Made by a program: the position numbers and the translations under genes | The notes under the pieces: generated by a model | The model's input: the letters and a program-made list of their open reading frames with translations, nothing else | Databases searched by the model: none | What the model was told of the DNA's origin: nothing | Shown: one piece after another, positions 26,781 through 40,775 of the stretch | Layout of the letters: each line of letters begins with the position of its first letter | Numbering within the stretch: the first letter of the stretch is position 1 | Source of the DNA: Mobula birostris | Taxonomy: Eukaryota | Direction: 5' to 3' | DNA length: 64,000 nucleotides | Assembly (NCBI RefSeq): GCF_030028105.1 | Contig: NC_092375.1 | Location: forward strand, 167,771,415-167,835,414

Positions 26781-28254
26781 GTTATTTGAACCCTCAAACA
26801 CAACTTTGTTTTCTTTAGATAAAGGTATTTCTTTAGATTAAATTATTCCAGTGCTTTCCTGACTCTTCACTTTTATAAATGAGCTGCTCCAACATTCAAT
26901 TATCTGCGTCCTAACTCACATGAAGTTTCATTCACCCTTCATCCCTTGTGTTTAGCAACCAATGTGAGTTCCTTGTGTGGCAGCATTGTGATTACTAAAA
27001 TTTGCAGCTTGGCTTTGCTCCTCTCTATCTCCATAATTTGATTTAGTCCGTAACATCTTTGTGGGCTTCCATTTCAGGTAGATTACCTATCCCAGGGTTT
27101 GTTTGCTTTATCATTGGCCACGAACTGTGTTGCTTGGGTCCTAAACCCTTTTGCTTTTTCACAACAATTCTTAAAACCTACCTCTCATGACCAAGGTTTT
27201 GTTCATCTGTCAACGATTATTTCATGTAATTGCAGGTAATTCGGTGATGTCCCTTGAAGAGTTTAATATCATTCTGTTTGTATTTGAACAATATCCAGGA
27301 TTTGATGTGGGTAAATTTGACAGTAGAACTGACATAGTTGAAAATTTCTACCTGGGCATAGGATTTGGGGATAGCAAAGTCAGTTGAACCTGCCAAATCC
27401 TACTGAAAAGTCTTATGATTTTTGTCTAAACATCCTGTCCCACTCACAAGATATATCAGAGGTAAAGACACATGTCACAGTTGCATGCCTTTGGGTGTAC
27501 TCAGCCCTGTTTTCAGACCTGATGAAGTCTCATGGTTTTGTGTAGAACAAAGACAATAAAATCTGATTATTACGATTTACTGTCCTCCCTTGTGTAATAA
27601 ATCAGGAGTTTTCCATGATTAGTAACACATAGAACAAGATATGAGATTAGCAACTGCATAAAGTGTACTATGGGTAGAAGAGTTTAATACCCATTGTCAA
27701 GAGTAGCCAGATAGAAACTCTACTAAGTAAGCTGGCTGACTCTGAACTGATGCAGGATAAACCTACCAGTTGCAGATTAATCTGTCCATGACAAATTTGA
27801 TAGTGATTTTTGTCCTTGTAGAGACAAAGTCACATTCATACCAAGAACATATTACTTTGCGGAAAACTAAATGCGATGAATTCGGAATGGGTGTCATTTC
27901 AATACTGTTCTGATTGGATGCTTAATCTCGGTTTCTTCCTGTGGTCTCCATTACTAGAGAAGACAGTCGTTAGCCAAATTTGTGCAAGTCAAGGTAGAAT
28001 TAGGCAGATTACAATATCAACGAACCTTGGTAAACTTGAAATCAATTAAGTTTGGGGTCATGTACTTTTCTTTAAGCTAGGTAGGTGTAATTCCTCTGAA
28101 TAATCTCTGAGGTTCAAATGTCCTTTGTGGATGTTTCAATAACAATTCATGTATTAAAAGTACAGAAATGGTCAGTCATAAATGTGGATATGGATGTGTT
28201 ACTCCCAACAATACTCAAATAATGTTTTATAACTCAAAGGAAACAATAAACTAA

Positions 28255-28491
<237 letters not shown>

Positions 28492-28647
28492 TAATATTAA
28501 TCAACAAAATGCTCAGGTTCCAGATTATTGTGAAGAAAAATTGCATTATAATGTAAACTATAAGGGTACTATCAACATGCTTTTTTAAACTGATCCTTAT
28601 GTGTATAACATTAAAATAATGATGTTACAAAGCAGACCACCAAAATA

Positions 28648-28993
28648 CGAGATGTGATTGATAAGTTCGTGGCCTAGGGTAGAAGGAGTCAAATTTAGAA
28701 AACCTAGCACATTTATTTTTCAACATAGCTCCCTCCTTCATTTACACACTTAGTCCAGTGGCTGTGGAGCATACGGATCCCTTCTTTGTAGAAGTCAGCA
28801 TCTTGGACCTCCAGAAAGTGGTCCAACAGCAGGGGTGATCGATAACCTCGTGGCCTAAGGTAGAAGGAGATGAGTTATACAGCTCTCGTTGCATGCACAT
28901 GCAGTTCAACTATTTGAGTGATTATGCAGAAAGTTTGAAGTTAGTAACTCATCTCTTTCTACCTTAGGCCACGAACTTATCAATCACTCCTTG
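28648..28993. mobile_element. Tc1/mariner-type MITE
   Basis: ~40-bp TIRs (GTGATTGATAAGTTCGTGGCCTA / TAGGCCACGAACTTATCAATCAC), TA flanks, third internal copy of the TIR near 28835. Confidence 0.85.
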
Positions 28994-29069
28994 TACTGTC
29001 AATTATATATTCTGAGCTCCAAAATGTTGTTGAAGCTTGGTGCCCACAGGTGGTGGTATATTGCTGATT

Positions 29070-32000
29070 CAGAATCAAGTTCAATATTACTGGCATATGT
29101 CTTTTGTTTTACAGCAGTGGTACATTGCAATACATAACTATAAATTACAGGAAGTACTGTATATAGGAAGAGAGTAAAAAATAGTGAGGAAATTCATAAG
29201 TCTGATGGCTAAGCGAAGCTGTTCCTGAATCGTGGTTCTAATGGCTCCTATGCCGCCTCCTTGATAGCAATGAGAAGAGGGCACATCCTGGGTAATGAGG
29301 TCATTAATGACGGATGCCACCTTCTTGAGGCATTGCCTTTTGAAGGTGTCCTCGATGCTGGGGAGGCTAGTGCCCATGATGGAGTTGGCTGAGTTTACAA
29401 CTTTCTGCAGTTTTTTCCAATCCTGTGCAGTGGTTTCTGCACACCTGATGGTGATGTAACTAGCTTGAACGTTCTCCATAGCGCATCTGTAGAAATTTGC
29501 AAGTATCTTTGGTGACATACCAATTCTCCTCAAACTCAAAATGAAATATAGCAGCTGTCATGACTTCTTTGTAATTGTATCAATATATTGGGCCCAGTAT
29601 AGATCTTCAGAGATGTTGAGACCCAGGATCTTGAAATTGCTCACGCTTTCCACTTCTGACCCCTCGATGAGGACTGGTTTGTTTCCCTCAACTTCCCCTT
29701 CCTGAATCAATTCGCGGCAGTGGTGTTTTGAGAAGCAGCCAATCAGTGATTGGAATTGATTGGCACGAACAAATTAAAATAAGGCAGGGGCAAGCGGAGT
29801 GGCCATTGTTGGAGTGGACAGTGTTAAAGAGTGGGGATTTTGAGGCTTCAATGAGGAGAGGCTTGAGTGAAAAAAGGCAAAAAAGCTGTAGGTAGATTTT
29901 TTTCCTCCCCATTTACTAGTTAGTTTTCCTTCTTTATATTTGTACAGTTAGAACTGTAAGGGTCCCGGGAAGATAGTTCAATGCTTCTCTTGCGGGATGT
30001 GAGAAGGCAGAGAGACCTCCAGTGTCCCTGATGACTTAACCTGAAAGAAGTGCATCCACCAACAGCTTCTCACACTATATGTTAAGCAGTTGGAGCTGGA
30101 AATGGATGAATTCCAGATCGTTTGGGAGGCTGAGGGGGTAATAGATATATGACATATAGAGTGGTACTTACACCCAAGGTGCAGGGTACTGGAGACTGGG
30201 TAACAGAAAGGGGAAAGAAGTTAAACAGCCAGTGCAGAGTACCCCTGTGGCCATCCTCCTCAACAATAGGTTGGATACTGTCGGGGGTTGACCTAGCGAA
30301 GGGGAGAGAAGAGGCGAGTGTGGTGATAGGGGACTCGTTAAGGGAACAGAAAGGAGGTTCTGTGGATGAAAATGAGATTCCCACATGGTATATTGCCTCC
30401 AGGGTGCCAGGGTCTGGAATATCTCTGATCAAGTCCTCCGCATTTTTAAGTGGCAGGATGAGCAGCCAGAGGTCATAGCCCATGTAGGTACTGATGACAT
30501 GGGTTGGAAGATTGACGAGGTTCTGCAAACTGAGTTCAGGGAGTTGAGTGCCAAGTTAAAAGGCTGGACTTCCAGAGTTGTGATCTCAGGTTTGCTACTG
30601 ATGCCATGTGCTACTGAGGTTAGAAATAGGAAGAGCGGCCATTGTTGGAGTGGACAGTTGACAAGGCCCTGCGTGGGAGGTTGGTCAAAATGGTTCAGTT
30701 GCTCAGCATTCAAGATGAGGTTGGGTGGGACTACAACTAGAGGTCATGGGTTAAGGGTGAAAAGTTCAAGGGGAACATGAGGGGAACTTCTTCACTCAGG
30801 ATCGCAAAAGTTTGGAATGAGCTACCAGTGAGGTGGTGCGTGCAAGCTCAATTTCAAGATTTAAGTTAAGTTTGGATAGGTATATGGATGGTAGGGGTAT
30901 GGAGGGTTACGGTTCGTGTGCAGGTCAATTGGATTAGGCAGTTTAAGTGGTTTGGCATGGACAAGATGGGCCAAAGGGGTTGATTCTGTGCTGCACTTTT
31001 TATGGCTCTATGACTCTTCACATTTAGTTCCTTGATCTTACTGACATTGAGTGGAAAGTTGTTGCTGCAACACCATTCAAGCAGCTGATCTGTTCTGCTT
31101 CCTTGTCACCATTTGAGCTTTGCCTAGCCACACAATTGTGGGTGTAGAGAGGGTAGAGCATTGGGCTGGACATGCATTCTTGAGGAACGCCAGTGTTGAC
31201 TGTCAGCAAGGAAGAGATGTTACTTCCAATCTGTACAGACTATGGTTGCCCATTATGTCAGTCAAGGATCCATTTGCAGAGGGAGGTACAGATGGCCAAT
31301 TTTAGAGCTTGTTGATTAGAACTGGGTGTATGATTGTGTTTTAGTCATAGTCATACTTTATTGATCCCGGGGAAATTGGTTTTTTGTTACAGTTGCACCA
31401 TAAATAATTAAATAGTAATATGTAAATGTTGAGCAGTAGTCAATAATCAGCAGCCTAACATGGGTATTACAATTGTCCAGGTGATGCAAGGCCGAGCGGA
31501 GAGCATGTGAGATCCCATCCACTGTAGACCTATTGTGGCAATAGGAAAATTGCAGCGGGTCCAGGGTTCTGCTTCAGCAGTTGATTCTGGCCATGACCAA
31601 CTCTCAAAACACTTCATCACAGTAGAAGCGAGTGCACTGGGTGATGGTCATTGAGGCAGCTCACCCTGCTCTTCTTGGGTGCTGGTATGATTGTCACCCT
31701 TTTGAAGTAGGTGGGAACCTACGACTGCAGCAGTGAGAGATTGAAAATGACCTTGAACACTCTCACCAGTTGGTTGGCACAGGTTTTCAGAGCCCTACCA
31801 GGTACACCATTAGGGCCTGACACCTTGTGAGGGTTTATCCTCTTGAAAGCTGTTCTGACATTGGCTTCTGGGATCGAGATCACCAGATGCTGCAGGGACT
31901 TGCGCAGGTGTGGTTTTATTCTCCCTTTCAAAGCATGCATAAAATGCATTGAGCTCATCTGGGAGTGAAGCATCATGGCCATTCATGGTTAGGTTTTGCT

Positions 32001-33300
32001 TTACAGGAAGTAATGGCCTACAAACCCTGCCAGAGCTGACATGCATCTGATTCTGTCTGTAAACTCAATCAGAATTGTTTATTCACCCTTAAAATAGCCT
32101 TCCGTAGGTCGTACCTGGACCTCGTAAAGTTCTGGATCACTGGTCTTGAATACCATAGACCAGGAATCTCCTGGTTGATCCACAGATTTTGGTTTGGGTA
32201 TATCCAGTGTGTTCTTGAAGACACAGACTCATCTACATAGATTTTGATGAAGTCAGTGATAACTGTGGCATATTCTTTCAGATTCCAGTGAATCCCTGAA
32301 TATCATCCAGACCACTGACTCAAGCAGTCTTGTAAGTGCTTCTCTGTCTCCCTTGAACGTACCTTCTTGGTCCTCAACACTGGTGCTGCCACCTTTAGTC
32401 TCTCTCTATACACTGGGAATAGAAGTATAACCAGATGATTGGACTTGCCAAAACATGGGCATGGGATGGCACAGTAAGCATTCTTGTTGGTAGTACAACA
32501 ATGGTCAGGTGTTATCTCTTCTGGTTCCACAAATGAGATGTTGGTTGTTGTTGTTGTTCAGAGACTTTTTCAAGCTGGCCTGGTTGAAGGCATCAGAGTG
32601 CACAGTTTCGTGCCTACTGATTACATTCTCAGCTCCTTCAGTGCCTGCTTGATGTTGGCCTGAGGTGGAATGTACATCGCTTCCGGGATAACGGCAGAAA
32701 ACATCCTCAGCAGATAAAACGGACGACATTTGACCTCTGATGTCAGGTCACATGAGCAGAACCAAGACAGATTTATGCACCATGATGAGTTAATCATAAA
32801 AAATACTCTTCCTCCTCTGCCTTTTAAAAGAATGAGCTGTCCTGTCTTTACAGAAAATGATGAAACCATCAGGCTGCAGCATTGTGTCCAATATGGCGTG
32901 GGTAGCCCTGTGAAGAAAAGTACACAGCAATCCCTTAAGTCTGGTGCAGCAATCTTGCTCTGAGGTCTTCAATTTTATTTTCCAGAGACTGTATATTCAC
33001 CAGCAAGGTAGTTGGGAGTGGAAGTCTAAAGCTTCTGCATTTCACTTGTAGGCTGGCAGGGCATCCCCACTTCCATTTTCTTAAAGGAGAAGTGCACTCG
33101 CAACCCATGTCTGCCATCTGAGGTATCGATTTTTGAGTATCATTGGATGTTTTAAACACCTTAAAACGATGCTGCTTACTGAAGTATCCATGGCTGTGAC
33201 TGGATTTCAGCTGTAGAGGGTCTAAATGGGAATATTTGATGATTCCCATCAAAGCTGCACACAAGTCTCCACTTAATGGCACCATTCTACTGGAAATATT
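29070..33300 (-). mobile_element. Degraded Rex1/Babar-like LINE in subunit c intron 3, split by a CR1 derivative
   Basis: Endonuclease remnant FGKSNHLVILL, GPNGVPGRALKTCANQL, NTGVPQEC, C-terminal LANFYRCAMEN. Confidence 0.8.
29715..31015 (+). mobile_element. Internally deleted CR1: 5'UTR, ORF1 with SGNH-esterase-like motifs, joined to a CR1 3' end
   Basis: VVIGDS, HVGTDD and VVISGLL motifs; TTRGHGLRVK and CTCTATGA-type tail. Confidence 0.7.
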
Positions 33301-33799
33301 TATTTGAACCACTTTATTTGAATACAGGAGATTGTAACAAATTGCAGTGTTTTTCTTGATGATGTAGGATTTGTTTTAGTGCTATATGTGAATGTAACTT
33401 TATAACTGACCCACTTAAAGTAATTTAATATTGAAGTAATGAGAACTAGTATAGTTATGAGCTGGATGTTACCAAGGCATTGTAACTCCTACTAAGATAG
33501 TTCAAGTTTATGATTACAAACTTTTTTAAATATAACTAGTATGTCTAGCAGTGAAACGTAATTACATTACTATTGGGATATTTGCTTTGATTACGGGCCC
33601 AAGCAATTGGTAAAGCATTGAAATTTTAATCATTAAATTTAAATTTAAATGTGTTACCAGTAATGTAAAGCTGATAAGTAGTTGTGTAGGTAAAAAGTGT
33701 AAGGTAAAATTAATAAAAATATATACTGCCTTGCAAAAGTAGTCAACCTTTTGTTCACACAAGAGTATTTTAACCAGGGATTTTGATCAATTTAACTGG

Positions 33800-34180
33800 G
33801 AAAATGTTTTATTTGTGAATCACATACTCCTTTTTTCACAGTCAAGCCCAAAAAAAACACAGGGAAAATTATAAAGCATGAAAGACTAAAAATTTAAAAA
33901 CTGAATTGTCAGCACTTCGAAAGTATTCATCCCCTTTGCTTGGTGCTTAGTTGAACCACCTCTCGAAGCTATTATAGCCATTAGCTTTGCACAATGTGAT
34001 GGAACAAGATTCGCCCATTTCTCTTTGCAAAATTGTTCAAGCTTTGCCAGGTTAGTTTGGGAGTGGCAGTGAACAGCAATCTTGAGGTCTTGACAGAGAC
34101 GTTCAATCAGGTTAAGGTCAGGACTCTGAACTGGGCCACTCAAGGACATCAATTTTCTTCATTTGAAGCAACTCCATGGA
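33800..34180 (-). mobile_element. Tc1 transposase C-terminal remnant
   Basis: QSPDLNLIE (SPDLNPIE motif) in ORF 33886..34152. Confidence 0.8.
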
Positions 34181-36084
34181 TAATAGTATCCTTATTCATT
34201 TTCTGGTCTTGTGATAATTGTGTTTTTCAGAGCAGTACCTCAAAACATTTTTTTTTATATCAAGTTTTAAGTTCTAGAATTTGCATTGTCAACTTAATTT
34301 CACTTTGCTAATAACACTTCAATGTTTAGATTGGGAAGCTGTGCTTCAAATATTTGACATTGAATTTTAACCTATAAACTAAACATACACTCGACTGCAA
34401 TATTAGTTTTATTCATTGTGAAAAATGCAAATCTTGCATCAAGCTGTTAAATCAAGGACCGAGTCATCTATCTTTTGGTCCAATTAGGCTGTCACTGCTT
34501 GAGGAGCAGAATGTTCTTTTTAGAAACTTAAATGTCTTCCTAAGCAAGCACCACTGAAAACTGGCAAATCAATAAACACCTTATGGAATTTTGTGTGAGA
34601 AATAACTATTGCAATTGACCATTTAACACTTGCTGCATTATGTTACAAGTATAATACTTTTTAAGAGCGCATTTTTTTTTATTTTGGAAGTTTTTTCTTC
34701 ACTCCTGATGGTGCTGAAACCTTATTTGGTGATATTTGATTCACTGGCACACTGCAACAAATACTTCATCAACTTCTACACAAGGATATTTGGGTTATGA
34801 ATCATGACTGACTGCCTTATTTTCCCCTTTCCCTAATACAAATGCCATTTATAGTACTTTTGTATCCCTCCAGCTTAAGTGACTTGTGTAGGGCAGAGTG
34901 GGAGAAATAGGAATGCTCTAAGTTCTGGCATAGACTTGATTGGTTGGTTGAATGGTCACTTTTGTTGTCACAAGGAAAATTATGAAAAATATCAAATCCA
35001 TCATTTCTCTTATTGGTCAATTCATTCTTCACGCATTCTCTCAAAGCATCAACATACAATGGAGCTTACATTTCTTCCACTTTCACAATCTGTCGACTTT
35101 TTAAAATTTCAAGTAGGCATCATATAATCTTTATTAGTCTTAGTGATCTTGGATTGTGAAGATAATCACCAAATCCAAGATACAGCACTAATTTGTCAGA
35201 ACAAGAAGAATAAGGTAAAATATGTAGAAATTAAAGATATGAAAATGATTCGCATATTACTGAAGACCAGTAACATGAAAATAAGGTGATCATTTTCACA
35301 GGTTGATTTTACATTGATTCATCTGATGATCTGCCACAGTGACCTCAAAATTCCATCTGACATGTTATATTAATCAATATAAATGTTATTTTAAGAATGC
35401 AAAAGCATAATAAATATTTGTAGCATAATTTATTGACCATTAATGGAAAATGTATCTCACTCCTTTAATAAATCAACTGGCGAATGGCAAACACTTTTTT
35501 ATTAAAGTTTTTTTTTAAAAAGGCTTTATATTATAGGAAGGATGAAGTATTTGAAGGGCAATTGGAGACAACGAGCTGAGAAAGCTATCCTCATTCATCC
35601 AAATATATACGTTTGTACTATAAAAGAAGTTGAAATTATTGAGAATACCTTATTTCAATTAACTTTGAAGAAAACTGAATGGAGCTGAATGAAGCCGAAT
35701 AGTTGCCACCTCCTGATTAACTGCATTGGCATCTTCTGCTGGCATATTAAAAGATTAATGAACTAAAAGTGAAAATCTGAACACCTTTCATCATCTCATT
35801 TTTCACACAAATGTACATTTTTCACTTTTCATTCTCTTACTCTCATTCTGACATTAATAGCCACTTTTTCAATCACCTTAAATCCAGTCCTACAGGCCTT
35901 CATTCTTGTAAAACCAGTTTCATTTCCAAAATCATTTCCCAATGTTCATGTGCTCCACTCCTCTCCATTTTTTCAGCCTTCATATTCAAATATCAACTCG
36001 TTTTCCTCACAGCCCCAAGCAAATTGTTAATTTAGAGGAAAAATCATAGTGTAACTGGGAAAATAATATGATTTGAAACTTGGA

Positions 36085-36710
36085 ATCATCGTATAATAAC
36101 AGCATGGAATCGGACCCTTCAACCCAGCTCATCCATGGTGTCCATCAAGCTAGTCTCATTTGCCTACTTTTGGCCTATAGCCCTATATATGCTATCCATG
36201 TACTTAAATAAATGACTTTCAAATATTACTGTTTCAGCCTCAACCACTTTCTCTGGCAAATCATTCCACACATGCACTGCCGTGGTCCCTTCTAAATCTT
36301 TCACCTCCAACCTTAAACCTATGCCTTCTATTTTTAGTTCCACTTCCCTGGGAAAAAGACAATATGCCATTACCTGTTATAAGCCCTTAGTTATTTTATT
36401 TTATAAGGTCACTTTTCAATCTCCTATGTACCAAGGAATGAAGTCTGAACCTGTCCAATCTCTCCCTATAACTCAGTGCCTCAAGTCCTGGCAGCATCCT
36501 CTTTAATCTTCTCTGCATTCTTTCCAATTTAATAAGGTCTTTCCTATAATAGGGTAACCAAAACTGTACACAATACTCTAAGCACCAACATTCTGTACAC
36601 TGCAACATAACATCCCATCTCTGAATGCCATGGTTATCAGTGAGCTAAATGTCTTCTTCATAGCCCCGTCTACCTGTAATGTCATGCTAGCAAACCATGA
36701 ATGTGTATTA
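36085..36710 (-). mobile_element. CR1 3' fragment
   Basis: LEYCVQFWLPYYRKD on the - strand. Confidence 0.8.
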
Positions 36711-37248
36711 CATGAAGTCTCTTCTGAAATACTTTTGTAGTGTTACGTTTAACTTCCCTTAAAGAAAATCTAGACATTTTATCTCAAGGTATTTTACACA
36801 AAAGCAATTTATTCATGGGAATTTCAAGGTATACGGTCTTTCGGTCACTCCCATTATTGAAATAGCAGCACAGGTAAGACCATCATCTATTTTAATGCAG
36901 ACACAAGTGAGATAGTCTTGTTTTTTGGGGACTGTTTACTGAAAAAAAAAGTTATTAAGGCTTTGATTCTCAAGCTTTTCCATATCATTTCTTGGGTCTT
37001 GGGGCTACATATTTTGTTAATATCATGGTTTTGTACAATTAAATGTATGAAAACAGACTAAGATCATAATAGGATATCTGAATTTGAGACTACTTCTGTC
37101 CAACTTTCTGAAATAATATCCTGCCATCTTTTTTATATGATCATTGGCAGCCCAAAATAAATAAACTGTAACTTTGCTATTTTCAGTGTTAAATTCAGAT
37201 TATTAGATATTAGAATGTTAATAATATTTTTTTTATTTTTTTCTCTAG

Positions 37249-37363
37249 AAATCCTTCTCTGAAACAGCAGTTGTTCTCGTATGCTATCCTTGGATTTGCG
37301 CTATCTGAAGCTATGGGACTCTTCTGTTTAATGGTTGCTTTTCTCATTTTATTTGCTATGTAA
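37249..37363 (+). CDS. ATP5MC3: ATP synthase subunit c, last coding exon ([38 protein letters not shown])
   Basis: Pyrimidine tract plus TAG acceptor; phase matches exon 3; proton-carrying Glu present; TAA at 37361-37363. Confidence 0.97.
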
Positions 37364-37477
37364 AATTATATTGAATGGGAAGAATGGTCTAAATATGTGC
37401 AAATGTAATTATTTCATTGGCTGTCATTGATGTTGGGAGTTCATAAAGCATATGCTTCACATCTTTTATCATGTTTC

Positions 37478-37567
37478 AATAAATCCATATACTAGTAAAA
37501 CTTTTTTTTTGCCTGAGAGTGCAAGTGCATAACATATTAGATGATTACTATGGATATGTAAAATAAA
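37478..37567 (+). terminator. Two candidate polyadenylation signals of the subunit c gene
   Basis: AATAAA at 37478-37483 and 37562-37567, downstream of the stop codon. Confidence 0.6.
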
Positions 37568-37584
37568 TTTATTTAATGAAGCAA

Positions 37585-37810
37585 CAAACAAGAGGAAATC
37601 AGCAGATACTGGAAATCCAAGAAACACACACAAAATGCTGGAGGAACTCAGCAGGCCAAGCAGCATCTATTGAAAAAAGTACAGTCAATGTTTCGGGCCG
37701 AGACCCTTCCTGCAGTCCTGCCGAAGGATCTCGGCCCAAAATGTCGATTGTACTTTTTTTTTCCATAGATGCTGCTTGGCCTGCTGAGTTCCTCCAGCAT
37801 TCTGTGTGCA
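37585..37810. mobile_element. Fold-back Penelope-derived mini-element (~82-bp inverted arms) with a mutated hammerhead core
   Basis: 16-bp TSD TTATTTAATGAAGCAA at 37569-37584 and 37811-37826. Confidence 0.9.
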
Positions 37811-38297
37811 TTATTTAATGAAGCAATTTGAAGGTACAATATTGTTAGTATAGATTTAAAATGAGACTCTGAATTTCTTTGTTTTGAAGAAGTGAGATGC
37901 CAGGTGGACTCTAGTGAACTAAGGTGTTAAAACATTTGGAAGGTGAGGCACTTACAAAAGCTCACAGCATGAATGAAGATTGTTAGATCTTAGAGTATAG
38001 TATTAGGACCACCATTCTTAAATTTCCACAGTTTTGCATTTAAAAACACAGTGCAAATTATTAATCAGCTTTCAACTTCCTCCTTTGTTTTATCCATAGA
38101 GATTGTTATTTTAAGATCTTATGCAAGGGTGGGGGGAGGTAAGGTTTCAACCATCAGAAACTAAATTTAATGCAAAAATCAAGAAGATGTATTTTCCATA
38201 AAGATGTTCAAAAATAGCTGTGAGAAAGGAGGAGCATCTTAATAGGGTCTGTGCTCAAGTACCCAAATGTATTGCAAAAGCATTAAGAAGAAATAAA

Positions 38298-40775
38298 AAC
38301 TACATGCAGATTGGGTGAACCAAATTGGTAAAGGTGCTGAGGAAGAGGATTTCTTGGAATGTATGCGGGATGGTTTTTTGAACCAACATGTCGAGGAACC
38401 AACTAGAGAGCAGGCTATTCTGGACTGGGTTTTGAGCAATGAGGAAGGGTTAATTAGCGATCTTGTCGTGAGAGGCCCCTTGGGTAAGAGTGACCATAAT
38501 ATGGTGGAATTCTTCATTAAGATGGAGAGTGACATAGTTAATTCAGAAACAAAGGTTCTGAACTTAAAGAGGGGTAACTTTGAAGGTATGAGACGTGAAT
38601 TAGCTAAGATAGACTGGCAAATGACACTTAAAGGATTGACGGTGGATATGCAATGGCAAGCATTTAAAGGTTGCATGGATGAATTACAACAATTGTTCAT
38701 CCCAGTTTGGCAAAAGAATAAATCAAGGAAGGTAGTGCACCCGTGGCTGACAAGAGAAATTAGGGATAGTATCAATTCCAAAGAAGAAGCATACAAATTA
38801 GCCAGAGAAAGTGGCTCACCTGAGGACTGGGAGAAATTCAGAGTTCAGCAGAGGAGGACAAAGGGCTTAATTAGGAAGGGGAAAAAAGATTATGAGAGAA
38901 AACTGGCAGGGAACATAAAAATGGACTGTAAAAGCTCTTATAGATATGTAAAAAGGAAAAGACTGGTAAAGACAAATGTAGGTCCCCTGCAGACAGAAAC
39001 AGGTGAATTGATTATGGGGAGCAAGGACATGGCAGACCAATTGAATAATTACTTTGGTTCTGTCTTCACTAGGGAGGACATAAATAATCTTCCAGAAATA
39101 GTAAGGGACAGAGGGTCCAGTGAGATGGAGGAACTGAGCGAAATACATGTTAGTAGGGAAGTGGTGTTAGGTAAATTGAAGGGATTGAAGGCAGATAAAT
39201 CCCCAGGGCCAGATGGTCTGCATCCCAGGGTGCTTAAGGAAGTAGCCCAAGAAATAGTGGATGCATTAGTGATAATTTTTCAAAACTCGTTAGATTCTGG
39301 ACTAGTTCCTGAGGATTGGAGGGTGGCTAATGTAACTCCAGTTTTTAAAAAAGGAGGGAGAGAGAAACCGGGGAATTATAGACCAGTTAGCCTAACGTCG
39401 GTGGTGGGGAAACTGCTGGAGTCAGTTATCAAGGATGTGATAACAGCACATTTGGAAAGTGGTGAAATGATCGGACAAAGTCAGCATGGATTTGTGAAAG
39501 GAAAATCATGTCTGACAAATCTCATAGAATTTTTTGAGGATGTAACTAGTAGAGTGGATAGGGGAGAACCAGTGGATGTGGTATATTTGGATTTTCAGAA
39601 GGCTTTTGACAAGGTCCCACACAGGAGATGAGTGTGCAAACTTAAAGCACACGGTATTGGGGGTAAGGTATTGGTGTGGGTGGAGAGTTGGTTAGCAGAC
39701 AGGAAGCAAGGAGTGGGAATAAACGGGACCTTTTCAGAATGGCAGGCGGTGACTAGTGGGGTACCACAAGGCTCAGTGCTGGGACCCCAGTTGTTTACAA
39801 TATATATTAATGACTTGGATGAGGGAATTAAATGCAGCATCTCCAAGTTTGCGGATGACACGAAGCTGGGTGGCAGTGTTAGCTGTGAGGAGGATGCTAA
39901 GAGGATGCAGGGTGACTTGGATAGGTTGGATGAGTGGGCAAATTCATGGCAGATGCAATTTAATGTGGATAAATGTGAAGTTATCCACTTTGGTGGCAAA
40001 AATAGGAAAACAGATTATTATCTGAATGGTGGCCGATTAGGAAAAGGGGAGGTGCAACGAGACCTGGGTGTCATTATACACCAGTCATTGAAAGTGGGCA
40101 TGCAGGTACAGCAGGCGGTGAAAAAGGCGAATGGTATGCTGGCATTTATAGTGAGAGGATTCAAGTACAGGAGCAGGGAGGTACTACTGCAGTTGTACAA
40201 GGCCTTGGTGAGACCACACCTGGAGTATTGTGTGCAGTTTTGGTCCCCTAATCTGAGGAAAGACATCCTTGCCATAGAGGGAGTACAAAGAAGGTTCACC
40301 ACATTGATTCCTGGGATGGCAGGACTTTCATATGATGAAAGACTGGATGAACTGGGCTTGTACTCTTTGGAATTTAGAAGATTGAGGGGGGATCTGATTG
40401 AAACGTATAAGATCCTAAAGGGATTGGAAAGGCTAGATGCAGGAAGATTGTTCCCGATGTTGGGGAAGTCCAGAACGAGGGGCCACGGTTTGAGGATAGA
40501 GGGGAAGCCTTTTAGGACCGAGATTAGGAAAAACTACTTCACACAGAGAGTGGTGAATCTGTGGAATTCTCTGCCACAGGAAACAGTTGAGGCCAGTTCA
40601 TTGGCTATATTTAAGAGGGAGTTAGATATGGCCCTTGTGGCTATGGGGGTCAGGGGGTATGGAGGGAAGGCTGGGGCGGGGTTCTGAGTTGGATGATCAG
40701 CCATGATCATAATAAATGGCGGTGCAGGCTCAAAGGGCCGAATGGCCTACTCCTGCACCTATTTTCTATGTTTCT
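38298..40775 (+). mobile_element. Young 5'-truncated CR1 LINE, copy 1 (end of APE endonuclease + RT)
   Basis: [37 protein letters not shown]; single in-frame TGA at 39629-39631; TTTCTATG tail. Confidence 0.95.

Noticed and set aside
35324-35360. TGATGA...CTGA as an intronic C/D snoRNA
   Set aside because: Boxes are under 40 nt apart with no terminal stem.
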